Positions 28,188 to 37,132 of a stretch of DNA of 64,000 nucleotides are shown piece by piece. Source of the stretch: Clostridiales bacterium UBA7103 (GTDB lineage Bacteria; Bacillota; Clostridia; Oscillospirales; Oscillospiraceae); NCBI GenBank assembly GCA_002493305.1, contig DKYJ01000032.1, positions 16,141 to 80,140 on the forward strand, written 5' to 3'. The notes beneath the pieces are model-generated. The model saw only the letters and a program-made list of their open reading frames with translations. It was not told the origin of the DNA and did not search any database. The position numbers and the translations under genes are program-made. The first letter of the stretch is position 1; each line of letters opens with the position of its first letter.

Positions 28188-30143
28188 ATGAGCAGCTTTA
28201 ATCATTATAAATATGTTTTCACGCCGATCAGGATCGGCAATATGGAGGTCAAGAACCGGATCCAGTTCTCCCCGATGGTCAGCAGCCTTTCCACCCCCAG
28301 CGGCGGCGTGTCCGCGGAGCTGCTTGGCTATGTGAAGAATCAGGCCAGAACCGGCGTTGGTGTTATCACCATTGGTTCCACCCCGATAGACCACATAAAC
28401 GGCGTTGACTTCTTCGGCGCGCTGGATGTCACCAGCGATGACAACATGACCGACCTGCGGCGCCTGTCCGAGGCAGCCCACCGCTACGGTGCAAAGCTCT
28501 CGGTTGAGCTTGTCCACGCGGGACGCTCCGCCCCGAAGCAGTTTCGACCCGGCGAGGACGCTATCGCGCCCACACCTATCCCCGTGGAGGGCGGTGACAA
28601 CCATATCCGCGAGATGACCGTGGAGGACATGGATACTATCAAGCGCGAATACTGCGATGTGAGCGAGCGTGTGATGAAGTCCGGCTTTGACATGGTCATG
28701 ATCCACGCCGCGCACGGAAACCTCCTGGCGCAGTTCCTTTCCCCGCGCTTTAACCACCGCGTGGACAACTACGGTGGCAGCTTTGAAAACCGCGTCCGTT
28801 ACCCGCTGGAGGTTCTGGCGGCCATCAGAGAGCGCGTCGGCAGGGGCATCTGCATAGATATGCGCATCAGCGGCGACGAGCTTATCCCCGGCGGTATGCA
28901 GATCGAGGAGACAATCGCCTTTATAAAGCTCGCGCAGCAGTACATCGACACCGTTCATGTCTCTCAGGGGCTTATTGTGGAGCCGAGATATATGCCCTAC
29001 ACCATGCCCGCCTTCTACCTGCCCCACTGTCACAATACCAAGTGGTCGCAGGCCGTGAAGAATGACCCCGATATACACATTCCCGTCACCGTTGTCGGCA
29101 GCATAACCACCATTGACGAGGCAGAGGAGATCATCGCCTCCGGCAAGGCCGATATGGTTGCCATGGCGCGCCAGCTCATGTGCGACCCCAAGACCCTGTA
29201 TAACGCCTATCGCGGACAGGAGGACAAGACCCGTCCCTGCCTGCGCTGCCACGAGTGTGCCCCGGCGGACATTGTCCACCTGCGCTGTGCAACAAACCCC
29301 ATGCTGGGCCGAGAGGCGGAGTTGGGCGAGATCCAGCCCTCCCGCCACCCACAAAAGGTCGTTGTTGTCGGCGGCGGCGTTGCCGGCTGCATGGCGGCAA
29401 AGACTCTTGTCGACAGAGGACACGAAGTAACGCTCATTGAAAAAGGGGATAAGCTCGGCGGCAGACTGCACGAGATAAGCTGCCTGTCCTTTAAGTTTGA
29501 TATGCGCCGCCACCTCGACTGGCTCATGCGCAGCACCATGGAATGCGGCGCAAAGATTCTTCTTAACACCGAAGCCACGGCCGAGAGCATCATGGCCATG
29601 GAGCCTGACGCGGTGTTCGTAGCCACCGGCTCTGAGCGGCTAAAGCTGCCCATACCCGGCCTTGACCGCCCCAATGTCCACCATGTGCTGGATGTGGATA
29701 CCGGCAGGGAAAAGGTCGGCGAAAAGATCGTTGTCTGCGGCGGCGGTCTGTCCGGCATGGAGTCCGCGCTGGAGCTTGCCATGGAGGGCAAGAGTGTCAC
29801 CGTGGTTGATATGCTCCCCGTGGAGCAGTTTGCCCGCGACCATTCACCGGCGCCCCGCGGTATGCTCCTTGAGCTGCTGGCAAAACACAATGTAAAGCTT
29901 ATCGGCAGCAGCAGGGTCTGCGCCGTCACCGATGAGGGCGTGGAGATCGAGGATCACAACTGGAAGCACACTGTTCTTCCCTGCGATGATGTCGTTGCGG
30001 CCTTCGGCATGAGAAAGAACGACGCGCTGCTGCGCGAGCTGCGCAACCTCATGCCCGATGTTTTCGCCATTGGCGACTGCGAGATGGTCAAGAACATCAA
30101 GCACGCGAACCACAGCGCCTTCAACATGGCGCTTGAGCTGTAA
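28188..30143 (+). CDS. Second OYE-like FMN / 4Fe-4S / FAD-NAD(P) ene-reductase paralogue
   Basis: HAAHGNLLAQFLSP, CLRCHEC..C, VGGGVAGCMAA, CGGGLSGMESA. It starts 10 nt after the first paralogue ends. Confidence 0.85.
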   Translation: MSSFNHYKYVFTPIRIGNMEVKNRIQFSPMVSSLSTPSGGVSAELLGYVKNQARTGVGVITIGSTPIDHINGVDFFGALDVTSDDNMTDLRRLSEAAHRYGAKLSVELVHAGRSAPKQFRPGEDAIAPTPIPVEGGDNHIREMTVEDMDTIKREYCDVSERVMKSGFDMVMIHAAHGNLLAQFLSPRFNHRVDNYGGSFENRVRYPLEVLAAIRERVGRGICIDMRISGDELIPGGMQIEETIAFIKLAQQYIDTVHVSQGLIVEPRYMPYTMPAFYLPHCHNTKWSQAVKNDPDIHIPVTVVGSITTIDEAEEIIASGKADMVAMARQLMCDPKTLYNAYRGQEDKTRPCLRCHECAPADIVHLRCATNPMLGREAELGEIQPSRHPQKVVVVGGGVAGCMAAKTLVDRGHEVTLIEKGDKLGGRLHEISCLSFKFDMRRHLDWLMRSTMECGAKILLNTEATAESIMAMEPDAVFVATGSERLKLPIPGLDRPNVHHVLDVDTGREKVGEKIVVCGGGLSGMESALELAMEGKSVTVVDMLPVEQFARDHSPAPRGMLLELLAKHNVKLIGSSRVCAVTDEGVEIEDHNWKHTVLPCDDVVAAFGMRKNDALLRELRNLMPDVFAIGDCEMVKNIKHANHSAFNMALEL

Positions 30144-30187
30144 TTATTTTTTGAAATAAGAAATAATAAACAAAAGGAGAAAAGAAA

Positions 30188-31363
30188 ATGGAAAATTCCA
30201 AAGTTAAGAACAGAGGTCTTATGACACTGGCCATTCTGTTCGTCTCCGCTCTTGAAATGGGCGGAATGGGACTTCAGCCGGCACTTGCAGATATTGCCGC
30301 CGCATTCCCCAACATTCCCACCGTGTGGATGCAGGAAATGTCCAACTGGCCCGGCTTCGCAATGCTCATCGGCTGCGCCATCTCCACCCTGCTTGCAACT
30401 AAGGTCTCCAAGAAGGTCCTGTGCCAGATAGGCGTTGGCTTTGTTGTGGCCTATGCCATCCTCGGCTACGCCCTGCACACCAGCTTCATTATGCTGATGA
30501 TGTGGCAGACTATCCTTGGCCTTGGCTTTGGCTTCCTTATGCCCACCTCCAACGGCATCATCGCCGAGAACTATGATGAGGCCGGCCGCAGCAAGATCAT
30601 GGGTATTCAGGATCTGTTCACCAATGGCGGCGGTATGTATCTCACCCTTGTCGGCGGCGTCCTCGCGGCCAAGGCTTGGAACTACACCTACCTTGCTTTC
30701 CTCTACGCGCTCATTCCTCTGGTGCTTGGCTGCATCTACTTCCCCGCTGACAAGCCCGCGGAAGCCAAGGGCGAGAAGAGCCACCTCAAGGTCGCTCCAA
30801 TCACCTGGCTCTTTGGCGCTATCATCTTCGTGTTTATAAACTCCTACGGCGTTATGGGCGCGAACATCTCCTTCATCATCACCGAGCGCGGCTTCGGAGA
30901 CGCGGCCCTCACCGGTACCGCAATGGCCATCTTCCTCGTCGGAGGTATGTTCGGCGGCCTGATATTCAACCCCTTTGAGAAAAAGCTTCATGAGTATGTC
31001 CTCTGCTGCGGCTTTATCGCCCTTGTTATCGGCTTCCTGATCATCTACATGGCGCCCTCTCTGGTTGTTGTGTTCATCGGTGCGTTCATTGTCGGAACGT
31101 CTATCGGCTTTGAGATGCCCGGCACGCTCCTCTACGCAACCAATTACAACACTGTCGAAGCTTCGACCGCGGGCTGTGCGATCATCCACATGGCCGGACA
31201 GCTGGGCACTGTCTGCTCCGCCCTGTTCTATACTCCCGTCTCCGGCCTTATCAAGCCTAACGACACCTCTTTCCGCTTCCTGTTCGCGGCCATCGTATGC
31301 GTGGTTCTGACCGTTCTGGTCGCCGTCGCCGTCGGCGTCGCGAGAAAGAAGAGAGCCGCATAA
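30188..31363 (+). CDS. MFS transporter
   Basis: 391 aa, about 12 TM helices, strong RBS. Confidence 0.8.
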   Translation: MENSKVKNRGLMTLAILFVSALEMGGMGLQPALADIAAAFPNIPTVWMQEMSNWPGFAMLIGCAISTLLATKVSKKVLCQIGVGFVVAYAILGYALHTSFIMLMMWQTILGLGFGFLMPTSNGIIAENYDEAGRSKIMGIQDLFTNGGGMYLTLVGGVLAAKAWNYTYLAFLYALIPLVLGCIYFPADKPAEAKGEKSHLKVAPITWLFGAIIFVFINSYGVMGANISFIITERGFGDAALTGTAMAIFLVGGMFGGLIFNPFEKKLHEYVLCCGFIALVIGFLIIYMAPSLVVVFIGAFIVGTSIGFEMPGTLLYATNYNTVEASTAGCAIIHMAGQLGTVCSALFYTPVSGLIKPNDTSFRFLFAAIVCVVLTVLVAVAVGVARKKRAA

Positions 31364-31392
31364 AAAGTCGTCTTCGTGCTCACACTTCTCCT

Positions 31393-31430
31393 TTGCATAT
31401 TACAGCCCCATTTGGGGCTGTAATATGCAA
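31393..31430 (+). terminator. Rho-independent terminator after the first MFS gene
   Basis: ttgcatattacagcccc-attt-ggggctgtaatatgcaa, a 17-bp stem followed by an A/T-rich tail. Confidence 0.65.
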
Positions 31431-31477
31431 AAACAAAAGCATGTTTCGTTAATTCAATAACTAAATGGGGCGTAAAA

Positions 31478-32680
31478 ATGGAAAAATCATCAAAACGAGC
31501 CACATTGTTAGGCATAATTGTCCTTATTTTTGCCAACTCCGCGGCTGGCGGCGCCGAATGGTGCTCTTCCGCGCTGGCGGACATTGCAAACACCTTCCCT
31601 ACGGTGCCATATTGGGTCATCACTCTGGTCAATAATATACCGAATCTCTGCGCCGTGGTATTCACTGTCGTGGCCGGGGTGCTGGTGAACCGAAAAATCA
31701 GCCTGCGCAATATGCTTCTTATCGGTATCGGCTGCCATTTCCTCGGCGGGATCTTGCCCGCACTGGCGGGCAGCTCCAGCATGACGCTTATGTTTGCCGG
31801 GCGTTTTGCCTTTGGTATAGGCTACGGCCTTATGCAGGGCATCGGAGTCTCCATGAGCTTCAAGCTGGTTTCTGATCCCAAGCTGCGAGTCCATGCCATG
31901 GGCTGGGCGGTCGCCGCGCAGTACGCCATGAACATGGTGGCGCAGGTCGTTGTCGGCAAGCTTGTCGCCATCCAGTGGAACTATGCTTTCTTCATCTACG
32001 CGTGGAGCTTTATTCCGTTTCTGGTCGTGCTCTTCCTCTGCCCGCGCTTCAAGCTTGACGCCGATGACAACGGCGCACTCGGCGCCGCAGTCTCTGCGGG
32101 CAAAAAGTCCATCATCAGCAGCATCAAGGCGCTGCCCGGCTCTGTATGGGTCATCACCGTCATGGTCGCGGTCTATATGCTCTGTTACTATCCCATGTTC
32201 CTGTTGATTGCCCAGATCGTTGTGGGCAGGGGCTTCGGTGAGGCTGTCGATGTGGGCTATGCCATGGTGTTTTACAGCGTGGCTACCATCGTTGGCGGCG
32301 TCGTGTTCGGCAGTGTGGAGAAGGTCTGCAAGGATAAGACTCTGTGCATTTTCCTCTGCGGCGTGGCGGCGAGCCTTGTCGGGCTTTACTTTGCCTCCAG
32401 TTTCACGGCGGTGTGCGCATGGCTTGTGGTCAGCGGCATTGCCTCCACCGGCATTATCCCCGCCTGCATCAACACCTATAATAATCAGATCCCGGAGTCA
32501 GAGTCCTTCCTCGCCACCGGTATCACGGAGTCCGGTATCAACATTGGCGCCTTCCTCGGTACTCCCTTCATCGCCATCGTGGAGAGCTGCGGCATCAGCG
32601 TTGCCAGCACTCTGCTCATATCTCCGGTCATTCTCGTGATAATGGGCTTTGTATCTATCAAGATCTGCAGGAAAACCTGA
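31478..32680 (+). CDS. MFS transporter (second, distinct)
   Basis: 400 aa, about 12 TM helices. Confidence 0.8.
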   Translation: MEKSSKRATLLGIIVLIFANSAAGGAEWCSSALADIANTFPTVPYWVITLVNNIPNLCAVVFTVVAGVLVNRKISLRNMLLIGIGCHFLGGILPALAGSSSMTLMFAGRFAFGIGYGLMQGIGVSMSFKLVSDPKLRVHAMGWAVAAQYAMNMVAQVVVGKLVAIQWNYAFFIYAWSFIPFLVVLFLCPRFKLDADDNGALGAAVSAGKKSIISSIKALPGSVWVITVMVAVYMLCYYPMFLLIAQIVVGRGFGEAVDVGYAMVFYSVATIVGGVVFGSVEKVCKDKTLCIFLCGVAASLVGLYFASSFTAVCAWLVVSGIASTGIIPACINTYNNQIPESESFLATGITESGINIGAFLGTPFIAIVESCGISVASTLLISPVILVIMGFVSIKICRKT

Positions 32681-32697
32681 ATTCCGTAATACGCGTG

Positions 32698-32730
32698 CAG
32701 CCGGTCAGAAGCTCTGACCGGCTGTTTGTT
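32698..32730 (+). terminator. Rho-independent terminator after the second MFS gene
   Basis: cagccggtcag-aagct-ctgaccggctg followed by tttgtttt. Confidence 0.75.
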
Positions 32731-32745
32731 TTAAGGAGAGATAGT

Positions 32746-33621
32746 ATGTATTTGATAAGCGCGCTTTTCACCGGCGTTTTGATCACCATAATGGTGACAT
32801 TAAATGGTAAGCTCAGCGATGGCAGCGGGATATACTCCGCCACGGTGGTCATTTATATAGTGTCGGTGGTATTCTCCGGGCTTATCCTGCTGCTCAGGCG
32901 AATGCCCGTCCGGCCAAAGAAAAAGCTACCCGTCTGGATGTACAGCGCGGGACTCATCAGCGTGTTTTCGACAGTATTCACAAACTTTGCCTTCGGCAAA
33001 ATAAGCGTTGTGGCGATCACCGCGCTTGCGCTGCTTGCGCAGACGGCGACCTCCTTTGTCATAGATACTCTCGGGCTTTTGGGAGCGGAAAAACGCCGCG
33101 CCGGTAAAGCGTCAGTGCTGTGCCTGCTGGTGTCGGTGCTGGGCTGCGCCGTGATGCTTTCAGACGCGGGAGGATTGCAGGTTCTGGCGATGCTGCTTGC
33201 CTTTGCCTCCGGTATCACACTGGTGACCTCACGCATGATAAACGCAGATCTTGCAAGATCCACCGGCGCGGTCAGCGGCGCTTTCATCAATCATGCTGTT
33301 GGCCTGCCCGCGGCGGTTCTGGCGTTGCTTCTGCTCGGCCGCGGCGAGGCGGGGCTTACGGCCGGTATCGGAGCTCTTCCGTGGTGGGCGTATATGGGCG
33401 GTGTGCTCGGTATCATCATCGTCGTACTGACAAACTGGTTCGTGCCGAAAATCTCCGCGCTCAATGGCTCTCTGCTGCTCTTTGTGGGGCAGCTTGCTTC
33501 CAGTGTGCTAATTGACACCGCCTGTGGCTTTGAAAACCCACCCCGGCTCATTATCGGCGGCGCGGTCATTGCCCTCGGCGTTGCCACAGGGACGATACTC
33601 GACGGAAAAAACAGAAAATAG
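32746..33621 (+). CDS. DMT-superfamily membrane protein (duplicated DUF606/YdcZ-like)
   Basis: ATG at 32746 after AAGGAGAG. About 10 TM helices in two similar halves. The track start at 32695 lies inside the terminator hairpin and is rejected. Confidence 0.65.
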   Translation: MYLISALFTGVLITIMVTLNGKLSDGSGIYSATVVIYIVSVVFSGLILLLRRMPVRPKKKLPVWMYSAGLISVFSTVFTNFAFGKISVVAITALALLAQTATSFVIDTLGLLGAEKRRAGKASVLCLLVSVLGCAVMLSDAGGLQVLAMLLAFASGITLVTSRMINADLARSTGAVSGAFINHAVGLPAAVLALLLLGRGEAGLTAGIGALPWWAYMGGVLGIIIVVLTNWFVPKISALNGSLLLFVGQLASSVLIDTACGFENPPRLIIGGAVIALGVATGTILDGKNRK

Positions 33622-33639
33622 TAAAGGCAGCGATGAAAA

Positions 33640-33669
33640 ACCCCCGGTTTGATAAATCAAACCGGGGGT
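33640..33669. terminator. Bidirectional terminator
   Basis: acccccggtttga-taaa-tcaaaccgggggt flanked by an A-run and a T-rich tail, between convergent genes. Confidence 0.75.
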
Positions 33670-33680
33670 AGGTTTTCGTC

Positions 33681-34373
33681 TCAAGCCTCAGCCTCAGAGG
33701 TGCGGCGAAGCTTCGGCAGGTAGAATTTCTTCCCGAATACCAGCGCCTCAGCCAGCAGGCACACCGGCAGGGCCGCCAGCACATCTATGGCGGAGTGCTG
33801 CTTTACAAAACAGACCGCGAGACAGACCATTATAACAAAGACGGTCAGCGCCGCCTTCCAGCCGGCGGCGAGGCGCTTATCCTTCAGCGCGGCCGAGAGT
33901 ATGCCCACGGAATAGGCAACGTGCAGCGAGGGGCAGACCCCCGTGGGAGTGTCAAAGGAGTAGATAATGCCCATGAGCCAGGTCAGCACATTTTCCCTGG
34001 GGAAGCTCTCGGGCCTGAGCTGCTGCACGCTGGGCCAGACTATGTAACAGAGCATGGCTACTGCCTGAGTTATCATGATGTAGATCTGCACATTGCGGAA
34101 GTTTTCCACATCGAAAAACAGGGTGTACGCAAGACTCCCGAATACCAGCAGGTACCAGCCTACATAGAAGATAACGAAAAACTCGTTGAAAGGTATCATA
34201 TCGTCCAGCGCACAGTGCACAACATGGCAGCGCTCGAGGGGGATCAGGTTCTCGGTGATAAAATACAGCGCGAAATAGCCGATCCAGCCGGCCAGCAGCT
34301 TGATATGTGAAAAGCGCGGTTCATTCAGCCGCCGCAGGGAAAAGCCGCTGTAATCAACCAAGGCTTTCTTCAT
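33681..34373 (-). CDS. PAP2-family membrane phosphatase
   Basis: The start is at MKKALVDYSG (ATG 34371-34373). Motifs PSLH and KQHSAID (PAP2 C2/C3-like), multiple TM helices. Confidence 0.7.
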   Translation of the reverse strand: MKKALVDYSGFSLRRLNEPRFSHIKLLAGWIGYFALYFITENLIPLERCHVVHCALDDMIPFNEFFVIFYVGWYLLVFGSLAYTLFFDVENFRNVQIYIMITQAVAMLCYIVWPSVQQLRPESFPRENVLTWLMGIIYSFDTPTGVCPSLHVAYSVGILSAALKDKRLAAGWKAALTVFVIMVCLAVCFVKQHSAIDVLAALPVCLLAEALVFGKKFYLPKLRRTSEAEA

Positions 34374-35130
34374 GGCAATAGACCTCCAGAGGGATATTTT
34401 TTGGATAGAGCTTTTTGGATATGTTGGGGTAGGGCACGACCGTGTGCTCCGGCTGAGCGACGGCGATAGCGGTGATGCCGTCCATAAGCTCATTGCAGAT
34501 CCTCCGCCGCTCCTCGGCGATGGGCGCATCGGCATTGAAGCGGATGGGCTTGCCGTAGAATATGGTGGCCAGTCGGGGCGCGAGGTACATGGGCACAAAG
34601 CTCAGCTCCACGCCGGTTTTCTTATGATAAAGCCGCGCCAGATCCACAAACTTCTCCTGAAACTCATGGACAATGTTATTGTGCTCTGTGTAACATTCGG
34701 GGAAAATCACAAGGCTGCTGCCAGCATCAAGCCTTTCCATGGACAGGCGGAAGGTGGTGCGCAGCCGGGAATCGTGAAAGACGGGTATAGTGTGCGCGTT
34801 ATTAAAAATCAGCAGTGACAGCGGCACGATGAGATGGCTCAGCAGCTTATAAAACCAGCGCACAGCCTTTGGCTTGTTCGACCAGAAGTCCTTATATGCG
34901 TAGGCTGCCACCTCGTCCCGGCACATCATCTCCCCGGTGCACCATATATCGTGCTTTATAGGGGTGTACAGCTCCGAGGCGATCGGCCCGTACATCTGGC
35001 TGTGGTTGCCGACTATAACGCAGGCCTCACCGGGAAGGTTCTCCGCGCCCACCACCTTGAACTTCGGCGCGAACAGCCAAACCAACCAGCGCACTATTTT
35101 GAACAGAAAGCTCGTCTTTTTCTCATCCAT
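34354..35130 (-). CDS. Lysophospholipid/1-acylglycerol-3-phosphate acyltransferase family protein
   Basis: VGNHSQMYGP (HX4-type box), FPE motif, N-terminal membrane segment. Confidence 0.65.
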   Translation of the reverse strand: MDEKKTSFLFKIVRWLVWLFAPKFKVVGAENLPGEACVIVGNHSQMYGPIASELYTPIKHDIWCTGEMMCRDEVAAYAYKDFWSNKPKAVRWFYKLLSHLIVPLSLLIFNNAHTIPVFHDSRLRTTFRLSMERLDAGSSLVIFPECYTEHNNIVHEFQEKFVDLARLYHKKTGVELSFVPMYLAPRLATIFYGKPIRFNADAPIAEERRRICNELMDGITAIAVAQPEHTVVPYPNISKKLYPKNIPLEVYCHEESLG

Positions 35131-35154
35131 TTCGGTTCCTCATCCAATCGGAGC

Positions 35155-35481
35155 TCAGGCGGGCTGATAGACCCGCGCGAAATTTATCAGCGCGTCCACC
35201 ACCGGCAAAAAGGCGCTGCCCTTGTCGGTGAGGGAATACTCCACCTTGGGCGGAACCTCCCGGTAGACCTCCCGGTGGACAAGGCCGAACTCCTCGAGCG
35301 TCCGTAGCTCGCGGGTAAGCTTTGCCTGGGTGACCATAGGCAGCTTTCGGCTCAGTTCTCCAAAGCGCAGTGTGCCCGTGCTGAGAAAATAGACGATTAT
35401 CACCGTCCACTTGCCGCGGATAACCGGCTGTATGCCCGCAAAGGGGCAGTCCAAAAGACCCTCAAGCCGTTCTACTTTCAT
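35155..35481 (-). CDS. HxlR-family winged-helix transcriptional regulator
   Basis: CPFAGIQPVIRGKWTVIIVYFL ... RFGEL ... PKVEYSLT. ATG at 35479-35481 lies 8 nt after GGAGG. Confidence 0.85.
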   Translation of the reverse strand: MKVERLEGLLDCPFAGIQPVIRGKWTVIIVYFLSTGTLRFGELSRKLPMVTQAKLTRELRTLEEFGLVHREVYREVPPKVEYSLTDKGSAFLPVVDALINFARVYQPA

Positions 35482-35686
35482 GCCACGCCTCCATACTATC
35501 AAAAATAGAAGTACATATAAAAATGTACAGTATAAATAAAATCAGCATTGAGTATGATACCACGAAGCAAAAATTTTTCAAGGCCATAAACGGGAGACAA
35601 TTGTCAATTTTTTATGAACTTCGTGAATGGTTCAACATACAGGACAGGGGATGATAAAAGCGGCTGCCCTTCATCTGCCGCCGGCA

Positions 35687-35768
35687 GCGGGTGTCCGCTT
35701 TTCCCAACGAGCAACGCTCGTCGGCCTCATAACCCTCAGGAGTTGACCGCAAATGCTCCTCCATCCGC
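35687..35768 (+). pseudogene. Decayed tRNA-fMet-like remnant
   Basis: gctcgtcggcctcataaccc (35716-35735) differs at one position from the D-stem/anticodon arm of the tRNA-fMet at 40888-40963 (gctcgtcgggctcataaccc). GCGGGTG at 35687-35693 can pair with CATCCGC at 35762-35768. There is no intact D-loop, anticodon stem or T-arm. Confidence 0.4.
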
Positions 35769-35774
35769 GCAAAA

Positions 35775-35806
35775 AATTAAAGCACCGCTTTTGCGGTGCT
35801 TTAATT
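35775..35806. terminator. Bidirectional terminator-like hairpin
   Basis: aattaaagcaccgc-tttt-gcggtgctttaatt: a 14-bp perfect stem with A-run and T-run flanks. Confidence 0.6.
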
Positions 35807-35979
35807 TTCAGTGGCTCGTAGCACCAAAAAAGATATCACGGGTTTTTCAGGAAAATCCACCTGTGACAAGGCTTTTTCGGACTTTTTAATATTCTTTTGG
35901 CCTTCGTCCTTTGTGGTCGGAGGCATTTCTTGTCTTTTCAATTGCGAACCGAAAAAGATACCTGTTCAAATCGATGTTT

Positions 35980-36030
35980 TTCCCATTTTCAAAACCGGAG
36001 TTACCGGGTTCAAAAGTGGGAACCTATTCA
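35980..36030. repeat. 51-bp direct repeat, left copy (island boundary)
   Basis: ttcccattttcaaaaccggagttaccgggttcaaaagtgggaacctattca. By manual alignment, 46 of 51 positions are identical to 40836-40886. Confidence 0.8.
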
Positions 36031-36046
36031 ATTTTGCCCCAAAATA

Positions 36047-36075
36047 TTGACTTTTGTCCCAATATGATTTAATAT
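36047..36075 (+). promoter_or_regulatory. Candidate sigma-A promoter of the ATPase-protease operon
   Basis: TTGACT (36047-36052) - 17 nt - TAATAT (36070-36075), with an alternative TATAAT at 36073-36078. This implies a very short leader before GAGGTG/GTG. Confidence 0.35.
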
Positions 36076-36094
36076 AATATTGAGGTGATAATCT

Positions 36095-37132
36095 GTGAAA
36101 AAGCAAAGCTTAATTAACCTTGTGAAATATCATGTTGAAAAGAATGATGAAGCCTTTGCTATTGAAGTAGCTGAGATAGCAAAGGAATTTGATGTAGCTG
36201 GAGATTCTGCTGCTGCACAATATCTTATGGAATTAATCTCAAATGCAAATTTCTATGTGCCCCAGTCAAATTATCGGAATCTTCGTTTTCTCAGAAAAAT
36301 TGAATACTCCTCTAAACCATTATTATTACCCACAATTATTGAGGAAGAGGTAATCGGAATTACAAAGGCAATAAACAACATGACAGGCATATCGAAATTT
36401 CTGTTTTTTGGGGCTCCTGGTAGCGGTAAAACAGAATCAGCGTGTCAAATTGGCAGATTGCTAAACAGAGATATCTTATCTGTCTCTTTTGAAAAACTTG
36501 TTGATAGCAGACTTGGTGAAACTGCAAAAAATGTTTCCACACTTTTTGACGAAATTAATCACTTAACCTATAGCAAGGTGATTGTGCTTTTCGATGAAAT
36601 TGATGCTCTCATTTTAGACAGAATTAACAGTAATGATCTGCGAGAAATGGGGCGTGTGACCTCGGTTTTTTTAAAAGAGCTAGATAGACTTAACGAAAAG
36701 GTGCCACTTATTGCAACAACCAATCTGATGGATAATTTCGACAAAGCTATTATTAGAAGATTTGATGCAATTGTTTCATTTAACCGCTATTCAAGAGAAG
36801 ATCTTATTGAAATTGCCGATTCCCTATTATCAATTAGTTTAAAACGTGCAACTAACTCTAAGCAAGATGTCAGACTTTTTAATAAGATATTGCGGAATCT
36901 GGAAGAGATTCCATTTCCCGGAGATTTGAAACAAGTGATTAAAACAGCTATTGCATTCAGTGATGAGTCTAATGAATACGATTACTTGCGTAGAATTTAC
37001 CTCGCCTTAAATGGTAACCAAGCTAGCATTGATATTCAGAAACTTAGCAATGAAGGATTTACAACAAGAGAAATTGAAATTCTTTCAAGAGTTCCTAAGA
37101 GCAGTGTTTCTAGAAAGTTGAGGGAAAACTAA
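36095..37132 (+). CDS. Classical AAA+ ATPase (IetA-like) with C-terminal HTH-like tail
   Basis: GTG start 7 nt after GAGGTG. Walker A GAPGSGKT, Walker B VIVLFDEID, sensor-1/SRH ATTNLMDNFDKAIIRRFD. The tail GFTTREIEILSRVPKSSVSRKL looks like a helix-turn-helix. AT-rich codon usage is unlike the neighbours. Confidence 0.85.
   Translation: MKKQSLINLVKYHVEKNDEAFAIEVAEIAKEFDVAGDSAAAQYLMELISNANFYVPQSNYRNLRFLRKIEYSSKPLLLPTIIEEEVIGITKAINNMTGISKFLFFGAPGSGKTESACQIGRLLNRDILSVSFEKLVDSRLGETAKNVSTLFDEINHLTYSKVIVLFDEIDALILDRINSNDLREMGRVTSVFLKELDRLNEKVPLIATTNLMDNFDKAIIRRFDAIVSFNRYSREDLIEIADSLLSISLKRATNSKQDVRLFNKILRNLEEIPFPGDLKQVIKTAIAFSDESNEYDYLRRIYLALNGNQASIDIQKLSNEGFTTREIEILSRVPKSSVSRKLREN

Noticed and set aside
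26229-29513. 1094-aa ORF on the minus strand spanning both ene-reductase genes
   Set aside because: It is antisense to two well-supported plus-strand genes with clear cofactor motifs and RBSs. Its translation is a low-complexity Gly/Ala/Val/Asp/His-rich product with no recognisable motif. This is a typical stop-codon-poor antisense frame of GC-rich coding DNA.
35811-36050. 79-aa ORF upstream of the ATPase gene as a possible third component of the island
   Set aside because: It runs through the 51-bp boundary repeat and the candidate promoter, has no RBS, and its product has no recognisable features. A 39-codon minus-strand ORF at about 35810-35930 likewise lacks an SD.
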